The notes under the pieces: generated by a model | Told to the model about the DNA's origin: nothing | The model's input: the letters and a program-made list of their open reading frames with translations, nothing else | Database searches by the model: none | From: Ranitomeya imitator | Lineage: Eukaryota | Length of the DNA stretch: 64,000 bases | Direction: 5' to 3' | Assembly (NCBI RefSeq): GCF_032444005.1 | Contig: NC_091290.1 | Coordinates: forward strand, 41,912,001 to 41,976,000 | Shown here: positions 35,856 through 50,414 of the stretch, one piece after another | How positions within the stretch are numbered: position 1 is the stretch's first letter | Layout: each line of letters opens with the position of its first letter | Program-made: the position numbers and the translations under genes

Positions 35856-37897
35856 NTTTTTTGGGGGGTCTGGCAGCATGGAGTTCAGAACGCATGCTCA
35901 GCACAAGTGGTCAACAACCAGCTTTCTGATGCGTGTGGTCACCCTACCCTCCTGCCACACTGCTAGAGATGATTTCACAGCCACCAGTTCCCTGGCCACA
36001 CAATGGCTGTGTTCACAATCTAGTTTTGATTTCCTTCTTTTATGATCCATTTGTGGAGGAAATAAAACGCTCAGTTACAGGAGCCTTTCATTTGTCTTGG
36101 TTTTATTTTTCCCTAAAATGTCACCAGTTTGCATCCGTTTCGTCTTTTGCAGACTGCACATCCTTTCATTCTTTAATAAAATATGCATAGCAGGCAGAAC
36201 AGACTTTGTCGTTTTTCTACTGGAAACAGATCATAAGGGATTATTAGTTATATCGTCCATTTATCTGATCAGTTATTAAGCTCTGCACCTGCACAGATAA
36301 ATAAAAGTAACAACGACCTCCAGTAAAAACGGATCAAAACAGCACAAATTCGCATGTAACTGGATACAAAATCCGCTGCATCAGGTTTTTACATTTGTTT
36401 TTTTCCCACCTGATTCCATTAAAAATGGACGTGTGCGAATGTCTTCGACCCCTAGAAGGCTGTAATCCAAGGAAAGGAGGGAATGTTATAAAAGAATTAC
36501 CGTAAGTAACTTCTACTCCTGTGGGGTTTCCCTCCGTTCCAGCGCTGCTGCTTTCTCATGCAGTTAAGATGTTCCAACTCCCCGCACGTGACTGCTGCAG
36601 ACAATCATTGCCCTCGGTGGTGACGGACCCACCTTGCTACCATGACCAGTGACAACAGTGATTGTCTGCAGCTAACAGAAAATCATGACGGCTAACAAAG
36701 ATAAGCAGACCACCAGAGTGTCGGCGACTTTACAACGTGAGCATTGCTGTTTTATCACGTTCCGTGACTTTTGGCCGTTTCTTCCGCATCCTCCACGCTC
36801 CCCAGGACGTACTCGCATCCTGCTATAACATAGGCGCTGCTCCCCGGTGTCTGCACCTCCTATAGGTGTGCCCAGGCTTTGTTGAATCACTTCTGTAGTC
36901 ACCCTAGTTGACAGACCTGTAATATAATTAACCCGGATCTCATTTGCTCCAGTTCTTCCTGTGCTTATTGTTATTTGCGTCATTTTGCTCTGGTTTATTA
37001 AGTGATTACTGTTATGTTTTTCACTTGAGTTTTGACCTGTATAATGGATTTCGTTCCTTAATTTTGCACATTTCGCTGGTACACTTTGTGTGTAAGGAGG
37101 AGAACGCCATGATGTAAACCCGACGACGCACATCATAGTCATCGTCAGGCGCCATTAGTGTGCGTTGCGGAATGGCGCGGCTACACTGCTGTCGTGTTTG
37201 GTTTTCTGCTCCTATAACTGAGCAGAATAAATGAAATGAAGAACGTCTTGGGGAACGTTCACATGAGACGGATGTAAAATCCACAGAGAATTACAGTATT
37301 AGCATTTAGGATGAGATTTTGCCAAATCTTATCCACAGGTTGGATAAAAAAGTACAGGTAAAATTAAAAGCTTGGACAAAGTCGTGGGACAACCTTGAAA
37401 TTTATATTAAAAAAAAAAAAAAAATTCTTCAGATCCTCCCCACATCTTGATACAGCGGGCGCATTATAATGACGTTATCGCACCCGCTGCACTGAGACAT
37501 CACGCACAGACGGGGAGTGATAGGTGAGGGAGCGTCCTCCTCCATCATTGCTTTCAGCTGTATTGGTATTTAGGATGCCGATGTAGTTGAAGTCGCAATG
37601 CTGGGCAGGGGAACCGGCCGGTGTCATGGGCCAAAATAATTGGGGGACCCGTTCTGTGTCGCGTACCAAATATCATCCTGCTAGTTAAATTTGTTTGACA
37701 TACGGGCTTTAGTGGAAGGTTGGGAAATGTTTAGTTTCGCTTTCGGTGCTTCTTCAGGGGATAACATTTGTTGCCCATTTCCATTACAGACTGAAACTGA
37801 TTAGCGAAGAATCTAATTACATTGACTGTCTTGTTGGTAGGAGATCTGTCTAACAAAAAAAGTGGAAAACCCCTTTAGATAATATTTTTATATCTGA

Positions 37898-38077
<180 letters not shown>

Positions 38078-38225
38078 TGATTAATATCATCCACAGAGTC
38101 CAGAATCTCCTGCCCCCCGTTAAAGGAGTATTCTGACATTTGGTACATACACAGGACATCTCTGATAGATGCAGGTTCTTTGGTGGGCCCCTCATCTGTC
38201 TCGTGAAGGAGGCTGGTCTTGTGGC

Positions 38226-38292
38226 CAGGGCTGTGGAGCCGGTAAGCCAAACCTCCGACTCCACCAAAATGGGCTCCGACTCCACAGCCCTG
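38226..38292. mobile_element. 67-bp hAT-type micro-MITE
   Basis: 17-bp TIR CAGGGCTGTGGAG(C/T)CGG; perfect 8-bp TSD CTTGTGGC (38218-25, 38293-300). Confidence 0.9.
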
Positions 38293-38414
38293 CTTGTGGC
38301 TACTGGTGGCCACACGTCGGACTACCTCTATTCACATTATGAGCATTGTGGCAGTGGCCTCCGACGCTTGCTGCGGACCTGCCATGTATATCTGAGCTGG
38401 GACTAACCCTGTAA

Positions 38415-38570
<156 letters not shown>

Positions 38571-39445
38571 TAATAACTCTGAATGTAAAGAAGTTGTTGT
38601 CTCTACACAGGGGCTCTGCAGTTTTTGTACATGAGGTGCATGTAAATGAACATTTAAAGGGGTTTTCTCATCATCATAAATGGTTAAAATTGGAAATTAC
38701 TTGTTAAACAAGCAGCTTTGCAATATAACTTTTCTTAAAAGTCCTCTGTTTTATTGTTTAGTGCTTTTTGCCTAGGTTACCGGCCACCACTGTAGTCCAT
38801 CAGTGATGGCCAGTATCCTAGCAAAGAACACTGTGCTTACAAGCTTGGTAATGTAGAGCTTGTAAGCTCTGCTCTGATGTTTGACCCGGACACCTTCCCT
38901 GCCCCTACACTCCTCTGACACTGCATCTGGCCAACTAGTGTGTCACTACACTCCTCCATTGATGCTTTTGTGTGCACTGGAGAATGCTCAGTCCGGGCCA
39001 GCAAAGCTTTGATTAGGCTGTTGTGATCTGTCAGTCAAGCAGGAGCACACCAGCCGCTGGCAAGCAGGAAGCCATGAGGCCATGGCGGCTGTGCTCCTGA
39101 AGGTAGGATGAGGATAACCTTGTAGTGCTAGCCATAAACATAACTATGGGAAGACGCTGATTGTTACCCCTTTGCAGTCCCACCATCAATGTTTTTTTTT
39201 TTTTTTTTTTTATCTTGAAAAATAAATGTTTGATCGTACGGATGCTGATAGAGATTAGGTGATTGCCGCATCTGACTGAGCCAAATGGGATACTGACAAA
39301 TGTCCATGAGCACTATTATACCACCTACACAGCATCTATAGGATGCCGTGTACAAAGCACTTAATTAATTTCACCATATAACACAAGAGAGTGAACCCCT
39401 ACTTTGCAGTTTAGAAATGACCATTATTTTTCTATGTTGCTCCAG

Positions 39446-39639
39446 ATTTATTCCACTGGTCCTGTTTGAACGACTTGGCCTCACGGCTTCCACCAAACAC
39501 TGCACCAGCTGGGTACCAATGTCCAAGCTGTCAAGCACCCATCTTTCCCCCGGGAAACCTTGTCAGTCCGGTGGCCTCCACCCTGCGGGAAAAACTCTCC
39601 ACAGTTAACTGGGCACGGGCTGGACTGGGCCTCCCTCTG
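39446..39639 (+). CDS. ZFPL1: ZFPL1 coding exon 3 ([10 protein letters not shown]...[10 protein letters not shown]; RING/PHD-like)
   Basis: Acceptor CTCCAG, donor CTG|GTAAGT. Confidence 0.98.
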
Positions 39640-39797
39640 GTAAGTTACCACTAAACAAGCAGGATGAGCCTTTTCAATTAAGGATATTTAGATGACTCTG
39701 ATTATACTAAATCACTTTGTAATCTCAGAGCTTCGATATTGTATTCTATGTCTATAGAGTCTATAGATATGTAACCTATATATTTTCCTATGGGTAG

Positions 39798-39873
39798 ATT
39801 GAAGAGACTACAGCTGTTGAGGAGATCACAGAAAACGATGTCACGGATTACAGGGACTGGTCAATTGTCAATT
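39798..39873 (+). CDS. ZFPL1: ZFPL1 coding exon 4 (IEETTAVEEITENDVTDYRDWSIVN)
   Basis: Acceptor GGGTAG, donor ATT|GTGAGT; aligns with human IDE...SDFSDWS; phases fit. Confidence 0.88.
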
Positions 39874-39925
39874 GTGAGTGTTTTTATCATGGATTTGTTT
39901 GTGTGTATATATATATATATATATA

Positions 39926-41505
39926 ATTTGGACACCTTCTCATTTGAAGATTTTTTCTGTATTTTCATGACTATGATATTTGTAAATTCACACTGAAGGC
40001 ATCAAAGCTATGAATTAACACATGTGGAATTATATACTTAACAATAAAGTGTGAAACAAAAGAAAATATGTCTCATATTCTAGGTTCCTCAAAGTAGCCA
40101 CCTTTTGCTTTGATGACTGCTTTGCACACTCTTGGCATTCTCTTGATGAGCTTCAAGAGGTAGTCACTGGGAATAGTTTTCACTTCACAGGTGTGCCCTG
40201 TCAGGTTTAATAAGTGGGATTTCTTGCCTTATAAATGGGGTTGGGACCATCAGTTGTGTTGTGCAGAAGTCTGGTGGATACACAGCTGATAGTCCTACTG
40301 AATAGATTGTTAGAATTTGTATTATGGCAAGAAAAAAGCAGCTAAGTAAAGAAAAACGAGTGGCCATCATTACTTTAAGAAATGAAGGTCAGTCAGTCCG
40401 AAAAATTGGGAAAACTTTGAAAGTGTCCCAAGTGCAGTGGCAAAAACCATCAAGCGCTACAAAGAAACTGGCTCACATGAGGACCGCCCCAGGAAAGGAA
40501 GACCAAGAGTCACCTTTGCTTCTGAGGATAAGTTTTTCCGAGTCACCAGCCTCAGAAATCGCAGGTTAGCAGCAGCTCAGATTAGAGACAAGGTCACTGC
40601 CACACAGAGTTCTAGCAGCAGACACATCTCTACAACTGTTAAGAGGAGACTTTGTGTAGCAGGCCTTCATGGTAAAATAGCTGCTAGGAAACCACTGCTA
40701 AGGACAGGCAACAAGCAGAAGAGACTTGTTTGGGCTAAAGAACACAAGGAATGGACATTAGACCAGTGGAAATCTGTACTTTGGTCTGATGAGTCCAAAT
40801 TTGAGATCTTCGGTTCCACCACCGTGTCTTTGTGTGACGCAGAAAAGGTAAACGGATGGACTCTACATGTCTGGTTCCCACCGTGAAGCATGGAGGAGGA
40901 GGTGTGATGTGTGGGGGTGCTTTCCTGGTGACACTGTTGGAGATTTATTCAAAATTGAAGGCATACTAAACTAGCATGGCTACCACACCATCTTGCAGCG
41001 GCATGCTATTCCATCCGGTTTGTGTTTAGTTGGACCATCATTTATTTTTCAACAGGACAATGACCCAAACACCCCTCCCAGCCTGTGTAAGGGCTATTTG
41101 ACCAAGAAGGAGAGTGATGGGGTGCTACACCAGATGACCTGGCCTCCACAGTCACCAGACCTGAACCCAACGAGATGGTTTGGGGTGAGCTGGACCGCAG
41201 AGTGAAGGCAAAATGGTCAACAAGTGCTAAGCTTCTCTGGGAACTCCTTCAAGATTGTTGGAAGACCATTCCCGGTGACTATTTCTTGAAGCTCATCAAG
41301 AGAATGCCAAGAGCCAAGCAGTCATCAAAGCAAAAGGTGGCTACTTTGAAGAACCTAGAATATAAGACATATTTTCAGCCGTTTCACACTTTTTTGTTAA
41401 GTATATAATTCCACATGTGTTAATTCATAGTTTGATGCATTCAGTGTGAATTTACAATTTTCATAGTCGTGAAAATACAGAAAAATCTTTAAATGAGAAG
41501 GTGTG
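39926..41505 (+). mobile_element. Decayed Tc1-like transposon in a ZFPL1 intron
   Basis: MARKKQLSKEKRVAIITLRNEG..., WSDESKFEIFGS, QQDNDP, SPDLNP fragments with frameshifts; inverted ACACCTTCTCATTT(G/A)AAGATTTTT ends. Confidence 0.9.
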
Positions 41506-42144
41506 GTGTATTTTCTCAAAAAGCAGGGGGCAAGGTACTGGATGACAATTATGTGTTACTGAGCTGGTTCTTATTTTGACTGGATTTTGGGTCCAGGATT
41601 TAGGAGCGACCAAAAGAGCTTGAGTGGGAAAGGTTGCTCCCACATTCCAGTCTGGGTCTTACAGGCCCAATAGCAGGCAACTGGGTATAGCCAAGCAGTG
41701 TGAGTTGTGTTGGAGCTGGAGAAAGACTGTTCATGGTGGATAGTCGTCTATTTGTAGAGACTGAGATGTGCCTGTAAAACCAAGTTGGTGAGACCCTTTG
41801 CTATACTTTCCCTTGGCCAGAGAAATGACTGTTTTTTGCTATTTATTTCAGCTGAAGAAAGGACTGTTTTCATTTTGAAACTGTAAAGTTTGTNNNNNNN
41901 NNNNNNNNNNNNNNNNNNNNNNNNNNNNNNNNNNNNNNNNNNNNNNNNNNNNNNNNNNNNNNNNNNNNNNNNNNNNNNNNNNNNNNNNNNNNNNNNNNNN
42001 NNNNNNNNNNNNNNNNNNNNNNNNNNNNNNNNNNNNNNNNNNNNNNNNNNNNNNNNNNNNNNNNNNNNNNNNNNNNNNNNNNNNNNNNNNNNNNNNNNNN
42101 NNNNNNNNNTGTGTTAGTGACTCTTCTGTTTGCTTCGTCTTCAG

Positions 42145-42315
42145 CCTCCTCCTCTGATCATATGTCAGAAAGCTCGGAAATACAGCAACAGTCCGGGTAT
42201 CTCTACAGTTCAGTGCCTGCCCCCACAGCACAGCATGGCTTATCGGGCAGCATGTCTAAGGACCACAATGTGATGATCGGAGATACAGTAGCGGACAATG
42301 TTAATATCAATGCAG
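42145..42315 (+). CDS. ZFPL1: ZFPL1 coding exon 5 (SSSSDHMSESSE...DNVNINA; variable linker)
   Basis: Acceptor TCGTCTTCAG, donor CAG|GTAATG; 171 nt, phase 1-1. Confidence 0.82.
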
Positions 42316-43042
42316 GTAATGCAGGAAAATACTGGAATAATACATACGGCTATACAGTGACAGAAAATTGTGACTGCAATTAAATTTATTGCGTTTTGGG
42401 GTTTAAAATTTCATTTTAATTCCAAGGTTGTGTATATAATATTTTTTTTTTTACTTATAGGGAATAAATGGTGTTGCATCACAAACATGTTTTACTGTTG
42501 GGAAATTAGGCAAAAACTGTCCTCTGATTTTAGCCATTCCATAGACTTTGAGTAAAGAGGCATTACACATGCTGTCTTCCATTCCAGCAGGGGACATGGG
42601 ACCCCTGTCCTTGGGATGCTTGTGGGTTACACCGGTGGGGCCTTCACGATCAGTCACTTGGTGCCTATTCTTTGCATGTAGGTGATGAGTAGAGTTGAGC
42701 AAAAAGACTTGCAGGAGCTTTAACAAGTGGTCAGTGGACCAGAGCCTTGAGAACGACCTCCTACCTGTCTGCATCCTATGCACCTCTTCTGATAGTTAGC
42801 CTATCACAACGTCATGCGTGTGTGTCACGTCACAAAGGTGATGTCACGCCAGGCCTACTAATCCGGGGAGATGCCGGAGTTGCTAACAAGCAGGAGGTGG
42901 GTCTCAGGGATCTGGTCTGGTGGCCACAATCCACTAATGTGGTTGCTGTACTAAGGTCCTGCAAACATTTTTGCTCAACTCTAGTGTTAATTATTGTGAA
43001 AACACCTTTTAATGTATATTTTTCTTTATTCTCCTTCTGTAG

Positions 43043-43166
43043 CCTCCACTCCTAGAAAGATTTACGACACTCGGGATGTTGCTGCCTCTCAAGATGCCGT
43101 GATTGACTTTGATGATGACAAATACAGGAGGAGACCAACTCTAAGTTGGTTGGCACGAATACTCCG
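43043..43166 (+). CDS. ZFPL1: ZFPL1 coding exon 6 ([12 protein letters not shown]...[19 protein letters not shown])
   Basis: Matches human PRKVYDTRD / DDDKYRRRP; donor CCG|GTAAGC. Confidence 0.96.
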
Positions 43167-43631
43167 GTAAGCTGACTGCCACCATTAATTTCAGGGTTGG
43201 TTTGCTTTTTGTTTTTTTTTAGCTATTTTACATGTTTTTATTCTTCATCTGAGAAACAGACATTTGTCTTTTGAATATAGGAAAATTGGTGATCTGTCTT
43301 CTAAGTGGAAAGATGTATCGTCTTATACTTTTTTCCTTACACTAGGGCTTCTCAAACTTTATTATTTTTTTTACCAGGCCCCCACCGTCCAGATTTTGGA
43401 AATGCGTGGGTTTAACCATTAGTTGGCCAAGTCTTCTGCCAATAATAAGTGTATCCTAATTTACTTGTTGAAACTAATTATAATATTAAAATGAGCCAAT
43501 TATTATTGTATATAGCTATGCCTCTACTGACATCTGGTGGGTACCTCGCCACCAATGCCATCTCACACTTGGATTTCTAGTTATAATCGTTTAGTCTGAT
43601 TGGAGAATAATTCTGTTCTATTTCCTTGCAG

Positions 43632-43815
43632 CAATCGCACCGGTTCCAAGTCCCGACCTATTTCCTCCAAACAGCGGTTCCTGATTATTCTCATTATTGG
43701 TGTATTGGTCTTTCTAACTCTAATTCTTCTCATGTCAAAATGGGGCAGAGCTTCTGCTGACAATGACCCAAACCTTGACCCACTATTCAACCCTCATATC
43801 CGGGTTGGGCAGTAG
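43632..43815 (+). CDS. ZFPL1: ZFPL1 last coding exon (transmembrane helix, ...[16 protein letters not shown])
   Basis: Acceptor TTTCCTTGCAG; C-terminus matches human DPNLDPLMNPHIRVG; CDS totals 963 nt = 320 aa + stop. Confidence 0.97.
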
Positions 43816-46800
43816 TAGATAATCTGCAGCATTCCAGGGAAAGATAGAAGAAATGAACCTCGTCTCCACCGCAAATTAGATAGAAGGCCAAAAAAAATCC
43901 CAGATTTCAAGGTGGAAAAGTACATTGGTGGTCTCGTTTAATGGGATGGTTGCAAAGCTCTTATGGAGAACTGACTTGTTATTCAACTATAATGGTTTCT
44001 CTTCCCAATGTGGAGATCTAGATGTATGGAGGCATCGGTGGGGGCGTGGGCTGTTGTGGGATCCTTTCGTGCCTTTAGAGATGGCACACAACACACGTTG
44101 AACATCATAGAGGTGTCGTGGATGACATATTTGCTCCTTAGTTTAATTTAATAATTTTCTGTGTATAGTGGAATTATCTCTCTCCAAGAGAATAACATAA
44201 ACTAAGTATGATCGGTTGTAACCTTCGGTGTACAGTTTTGTTTTTTTTTTAGTGAATATTCTGTAATATTTTCCCACATTTTAGGAACTCTATTTCCCTA
44301 TAATTGTGCAGTGTAAATGAGCTGCCGATCACCCAACAGATAAGAAAAACACTCATTCTTCGGGTGACATTATCTTTCCGTTTGCCCAGAAAATCATCAT
44401 TCTCGGCAGCTCATCATCGGACGTAAACAGATCCTGTACGGCCGAGAACAATGCCAGTCTCTGTACGCCAAACAATTGTTTTATTGATCGCTCTGTGCAC
44501 ATATTAATATGCTGCCTGCCTATCTAAACATGCTTTTAAACGACCGCCGATCAGCAAATACTTATTGCTTGGCGGTCGTTTAAATCTGCTAATATGAACG
44601 CAACCTTACGATGGGGAAAGTGAGAACCCCAGACAAGACCGCATTATTAAGGATCACTAATAGATGTTGATTAAAATACACATTTATGACCGTTCATCGG
44701 CCTGTACAGTTGGTTTCCAGGCGTGATATGTGTTCTAGCTTCATTCACATTTCCGCTAGCAGAACTATTGGCTGTTAGTACAATCTGAAAGCCGTTATCT
44801 GTTTGTCCTTAGTTTATATGAGGATTTTCTGGAAAAAAAAGTTTTTTTTGGGCAGTTTCTTACAGCACCAAACCCATTAACAATGAGGCAGACACGGATT
44901 ATTGTTGATTTTATTTTTTTTATTTTTTGCTAGAGGAAAAAAACTTGTCAAGAATTTTTAAGTGATTATAAACATGAGGAATGCTTGCTATTCCCCTAAG
45001 GGTATGTTCACACATGTAGACAAGTAGCTGCTACATGATCCCGACACTAGAAGTGCTGCACGGCTAAGCCGCCAGCTTCTCCTATGTACAACCCACAGAT
45101 TTATGCTCCAACACACAGATCAAAATCCGCTCTGGATTTACGGAGACCTCACACATGGGATCTTTGCTGAAATCAATTTCAAATCCTCGGTGGGTGAATA
45201 GGGTCTCGCATGGGTCCGGTGGCAGAATACAGGGGTCCATTGAGGAACACTGGACTGGAGTGTTTTGCATTGTTTTGTTTTTTTATTATTATTTTTCGAA
45301 AGTGTGAAGTGAATCCTAATTAAACGTTACTCTATAAATGGAAAGTCACAATTCAGGCTTCATTCGGTACGTAAAAGGTCATCATCTTATATTTCTCCTT
45401 CGCCACATTGGGGGACACAGGACCATGGGTGTTATGCTGCTGTCACTAGGAGGCTGACACTAAGCTGAGACAAAAAAAGGTTAGCTCCTATATATTGTGC
45501 ACTTGGTAAATCTGGAACAAGCAGGAAGTTATAAGAAACTTTACTGATCCTCCCAGTGCTGCATTCACAATTCTGCTGAAACCTTTGCATTCACAGCTGA
45601 ACTCCTATAAGGCAGTGGAAAGGTTAGTTTTACCTAAGTCAGATTACTGTACAGTACATGGTGTGAAAATGACGTCTGCCAGAAATTACCAGCACACGTT
45701 TTGGACTGTCATGGAGTCAGCAGGAAATGTTGATTGAGTTTTTGCTGGGCCAGCAGAATTGTGATTAATTCTTAATTTTTTTTTCTCTCAAAATGTAGCT
45801 ATCATTTTGTATAAGTTTTTAGATGTTATAGTCTCTGAATAGCATTGCTGATCGCTGGGGGTTTGGCTCCAGAGACCCCCACTGATCGGTCAAAACATTG
45901 CTGGAATTGGGGTGAGGGCCTACCTGGGGGTCTAGCAAAACCGAAGCTGACAATGAACGTGATCGGTCAGAATGTTACTCATTGGACAGCTTTACAAATA
46001 AATAAATTAAAAAAAAAACGGATGGTTTGAATACTAATTGACCCAATTTGGACCGTTATGTTGTACCCATGTGGTTTCATATGATCACACCCGAAAAATC
46101 TTTTTTTTTCTTTTTTTTTTTGCAGACAATAATCTTTGTCAATAATTGGGTACATATAATTTACCCATCGTCAAACAAAATGGTCGTTTATCTTGTGTAT
46201 CAGCTAAATATTTCTCACATCCGATGTGAGGACAATGTCTTGTGGTCAGTTGGCCGATCATCACTCCTATCAGTCTTACATTTTTTTTATAAGAAGCGAG
46301 ACAGAAATGCTGGTATGATTGTTCCTAGGTCAAAGCATGAAAAGATGCTGCAGCATGAGATATAAGTAGGCTATGTCTCACTCCACCCAGAGGGATCCCC
46401 CTCATGTCTCTTGAATGCAGTTCCAGGTAGTCAGACAACACAAAATAACTCCGCTCGGTGCACCCTTGGTGTGGCCAAACAGTTCAGTTCACTTTTCCAC
46501 CTATTTGTTTTTCATCTATTTCTGATTGCCTCTTCCATGATTTATAGCTCTAGATTTGCAAACTGGCAGTGACAAACGGAAACCAAGTAGGTGGGAAGGT
46601 ATACTGAACTGTTTGGCCACACCAAAGGTGCACCGAGCATCTGTGCTTGGATTGAACAGTCATTTTGTACGGACAACTGAAAAGAGGTTTTCTAGGGCCT
46701 TAACACTAATGGTCTGTCCTCAGGGTTCGCCATCAATATCAGAGTGGTGGGGCTCCGACTCCCGAATTCTCCACCGATCAGTCAAGCAAGACCTTGCGCT

Positions 46801-49800
46801 CCATTGAGAGTTGACTCTCCTTCATTATTCCCCCGGTACAGCTCTGTATGTTTTATAATAACTGCACTGAAACTGATAACTGGACCTGAGGAGGGAGAGG
46901 TGGCACGTAACATCGGATTCTCTGGGTGTCTCTAAAGCTGGCCATACACATTAGATGGATGTCGGCCAAACGAAGCTTCGCCAGACAACCATCTCAGCCG
47001 AGTCTCCCATACACAGGAGCGCTCCTGTGTTCTCTATGAGAAAGGTGCTACTCAACAGTTTGGCCCGCAGCTTATCTTGGGGAGCGCAATGCCTTCAGCA
47101 GTCTAAAATCGGACATTTCCGATCTAGATCGCTCCCGTTGATCATTTGTATGGATCCGCGATACACATCAGACAGTTGGGCAATCTTGTCGATATCGGGA
47201 AGTCTAGCCAACATTAGTCTAATGCGTAAGAGGGCCTATAATGTCTCGCACCGCCCCCACCGGCCTTGCACAGGGCATAATGTACCAGTTAACTTCAGAC
47301 TTTGCTTTGTAAAACTTAAACACACATAAGGCAATTTGTGGGGCTATAGAAAGCCATAAAAAAATAACTTAATGTAAATCACAAAAATGCATATATTGGT
47401 TATGCGGAACCTGCGGAAGGGATTTTGTATAGAAGGGGGAAAAACATATAGTTTACACAGTTTCAATCCCTAAAGAACTGTTACCCTACCTGCGGAGGTT
47501 GGCACCCTAAACATTCAACATGGTGCCCCCACTCAACATTGGCAGTCCCTGATCGCCAAAGTAAATAGACAAAATTACAATGGCAATTACACATGTACTG
47601 ATACAGTCACGTATACTTTACAGACAAAATCAATCAGCGCTTCATGAGCACAAAATACAGTCTCTAAACTTTCCAGGAGTGATAAGTTTGTATTTGGTGG
47701 TTTTGGGACAAGGGGATAATATTGATGACTCTTCTTCAGAGCGAGGGGCACAGCCGCTTCTTCCTATTTTATAGTATTATGGAAGTTATGAAGTAACAAT
47801 TCCTGCCTTTTATCACAAATTGCTAATTAAAATGAAACACTATTGTAATATTTATTTGATTTAATAAAACTATTAAAAGTTTGTGTTAATGGCATTTAAT
47901 GTAGGTTGTATTTCTCCAATGAGAGCCACGAGTACTGTGTACTATGTGGCCGTCGGTCCTCCATGTTTTGCTATATGGTGGCTTAGCAGGGAGTGCCTGC
48001 ATAGTCAAACATCTAGTAAAATACACAAAAATTATAATATTTCTTTCATTCAGAATATGACCAATGACCTTTTGTATGAAGTTGTGAGCCGCATACAGTA
48101 ATCATAGGACAACCTCAGTGGGTGCCATTTTATGGCTCCGTATAAAATCCTTATTGATTACTCTGATCCTGGCAATTTAACCCCATAGATGCATGGACCG
48201 AAATTAAAGGGAGACTGTCAACCGCAATAAAGTGTGCAAACAGTGATTGTACTTTGTTTATCAAGGTTCAACAATCAAAACTACTTTTTAACATTGCTAT
48301 ATTGCTGAAAAATCTTATTTTTCTGAATATGCTAATTCAATTGCAAGTGCATTGGGAGGTTATCAATGCACTTGCAGTTGACCGCTCCTCTTAAGTTATC
48401 CGTGCCTGGCCCCACCCTCCTCTACTTGATTGACAATGTTGCTCATCTGTCCTGATTCCTCCATCTATAGCTGGCTCTGTTTGTGCTAGACAACGCCGTG
48501 TTATTGTGGTATCCCAGGACTCACTATTGACGTGATCATTTAATGCCTTCTCAAGCAGCTGTCAATTGCCTGAGTATTGAGAAAGCATAGTCTTTTGCAA
48601 CCACATTTTTATTAGAAGTTGCTTCATTTTCCACTTGGCGCTGCTCCAAGTGTCTATTCTCCTCTGCTACTCCTGCTTTACATTGTAGTTCTCGCATTTA
48701 TTTGTAAGCATGGTTCAGCGTCTGTAGGTGTTATTCACCTACAATTCTATCAAGATTCCAATTTACCAGCTCAACTGTTCTTTTTGTTGTTCTTACCATC
48801 ATTTCTGCTTTCAAAATACTTACATGTTACTGCGTCTTTGCAAGCAAGTTACCAGTATGCTAAAACATCTATTTCTGTGTGTGCCGCATCTCTGTAAGCA
48901 AGTTACCAGTTTGCCAATATATTGCTGCTAACCTGTAATTTACCAAGTCTCTTTGGCAAGTTCCTGATTACACATATTTAGCTGCTACCCTACAGTTAAC
49001 TATCCCTGCTAAATGTCTCCGATTCTATATGTTTCTTAGCCATTTGTGTATATAACAACTCTCCTACATCTAACGTCATCCACTATCTCCAGCTTTGCTT
49101 GCCTATCTATTTGGTACTGCCATAATTGTACTGATCTGCAGAATGCACTTAACATGTCAGTTGTACACATGCTATAAACAAGAAAACCCCAAAACAATAG
49201 GAATTGCTGTTTTATTTCCCAGTCAACGGTACAAAAGATTTTCTTTTTTTAAACAATACATTATATGTTAAATGTAATGGTGCCTTTAAAAAAATACTAC
49301 TGGACTAGCTGGAGAAAGTTAAGGAAACCCGATAAGCTCTGCTGAGAGATAGGTACCGGTACTTGTATTTTTAATGAAATTATGACTCTGGGGCATCTTT
49401 AAATAGAATTCTGTATTGTCTTCCTTTTCTGATATTCCTTCACAGAAAGGAAAGAATAAATTGGCAAGAGATTAGCACTATTTGGGCATGACACGGCCCA
49501 AGTAGTTCTTCCTGTATAAGACTTTAGAGCGCAGTCAGAGAGCCGTATAAATCAGCGAAATCTGAACGTAGTGCTCGGACTGGCCGGTGGCTCAACCCAC
49601 CTGCGTGACAGCTGCATAAAAATACATAAAGCTGTCATGTACAAGTCAGGAGAGCCACCAGCCAGTCCGTGCACTGCGTTTTGAAATGTCGGGAGTGGTA
49701 ATGCATATTATTTATTGGTAATAGGGCAGTGTGCATGAGTCTTTACCCCAGTCTAAGGTCTTTAGGTCTCCATACACATTAGATGATGGGGAATTTAGCT

Positions 49801-50414
49801 GTTAATCCTTCCCAGACACAGTTTTCAGGCATTTTGGTAAAATCAACATAAAAAGTGAGGCCTCATTTACACATCAGTTTTTCCTCATATAACCAAACAG
49901 ACCGATTATTTTGATCAGAGTTTGGATTGAGTGTCATCAATTCTTCTAGTGGAGAAAAAAAAAGTTTTCTCCATCTTTTCCTTTCTGACAGTCTTATGAA
50001 AATCGGACCGCACTGGGATATCTTACAAGTATGGTGTGACTTTTTCACGGACTTATAGACTTGCATTGCGGAATTAGATCCGACACTCAAAATTAGATGT
50101 CTCATCGATTTTTCACGGACTGCTTGGTCAACGAAAAATCACGGAAATGTGAATGGCCCAATAAACACAGGTACGAGAGCTATGTGTGAAGAACATGGAT
50201 AGCAGTCATACGAGAACATCGGCCGTGTGAATTAATTTTGGCACGCCGAACACTTCTTCATAGACAGATAATGCATATATATTCATACCTTTTTCATAGA
50301 GGAGCAGATATTTTTAATAGGGAACGTAGCTTTAACGTTCAAAGTAGTAACTCCTCATTCAGACATTAGTGATTTTTCGACTACATAACATTACGAGGGT
50401 CATCAGTGTTTTTA

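Noticed and set aside
34899-35966. ORFs containing long X runs (also at 41848-42231)
   Set aside because: They stay open only because of N bases and simple repeats; nothing can be inferred about the masked sequence.
46430-46660. Inverted repeat GGTGCACC...GTGGCCAAACAGTTCAGT / ACTGAACTGTTTGGCCAC...GGTGCACC as a structured ncRNA
   Set aside because: More simply a decayed palindromic MITE like dozens of others in the window.
47725-47765. CTGAAGAAG on the minus strand as another hammerhead
   Set aside because: No downstream stem II-GAAA-NUH arrangement.
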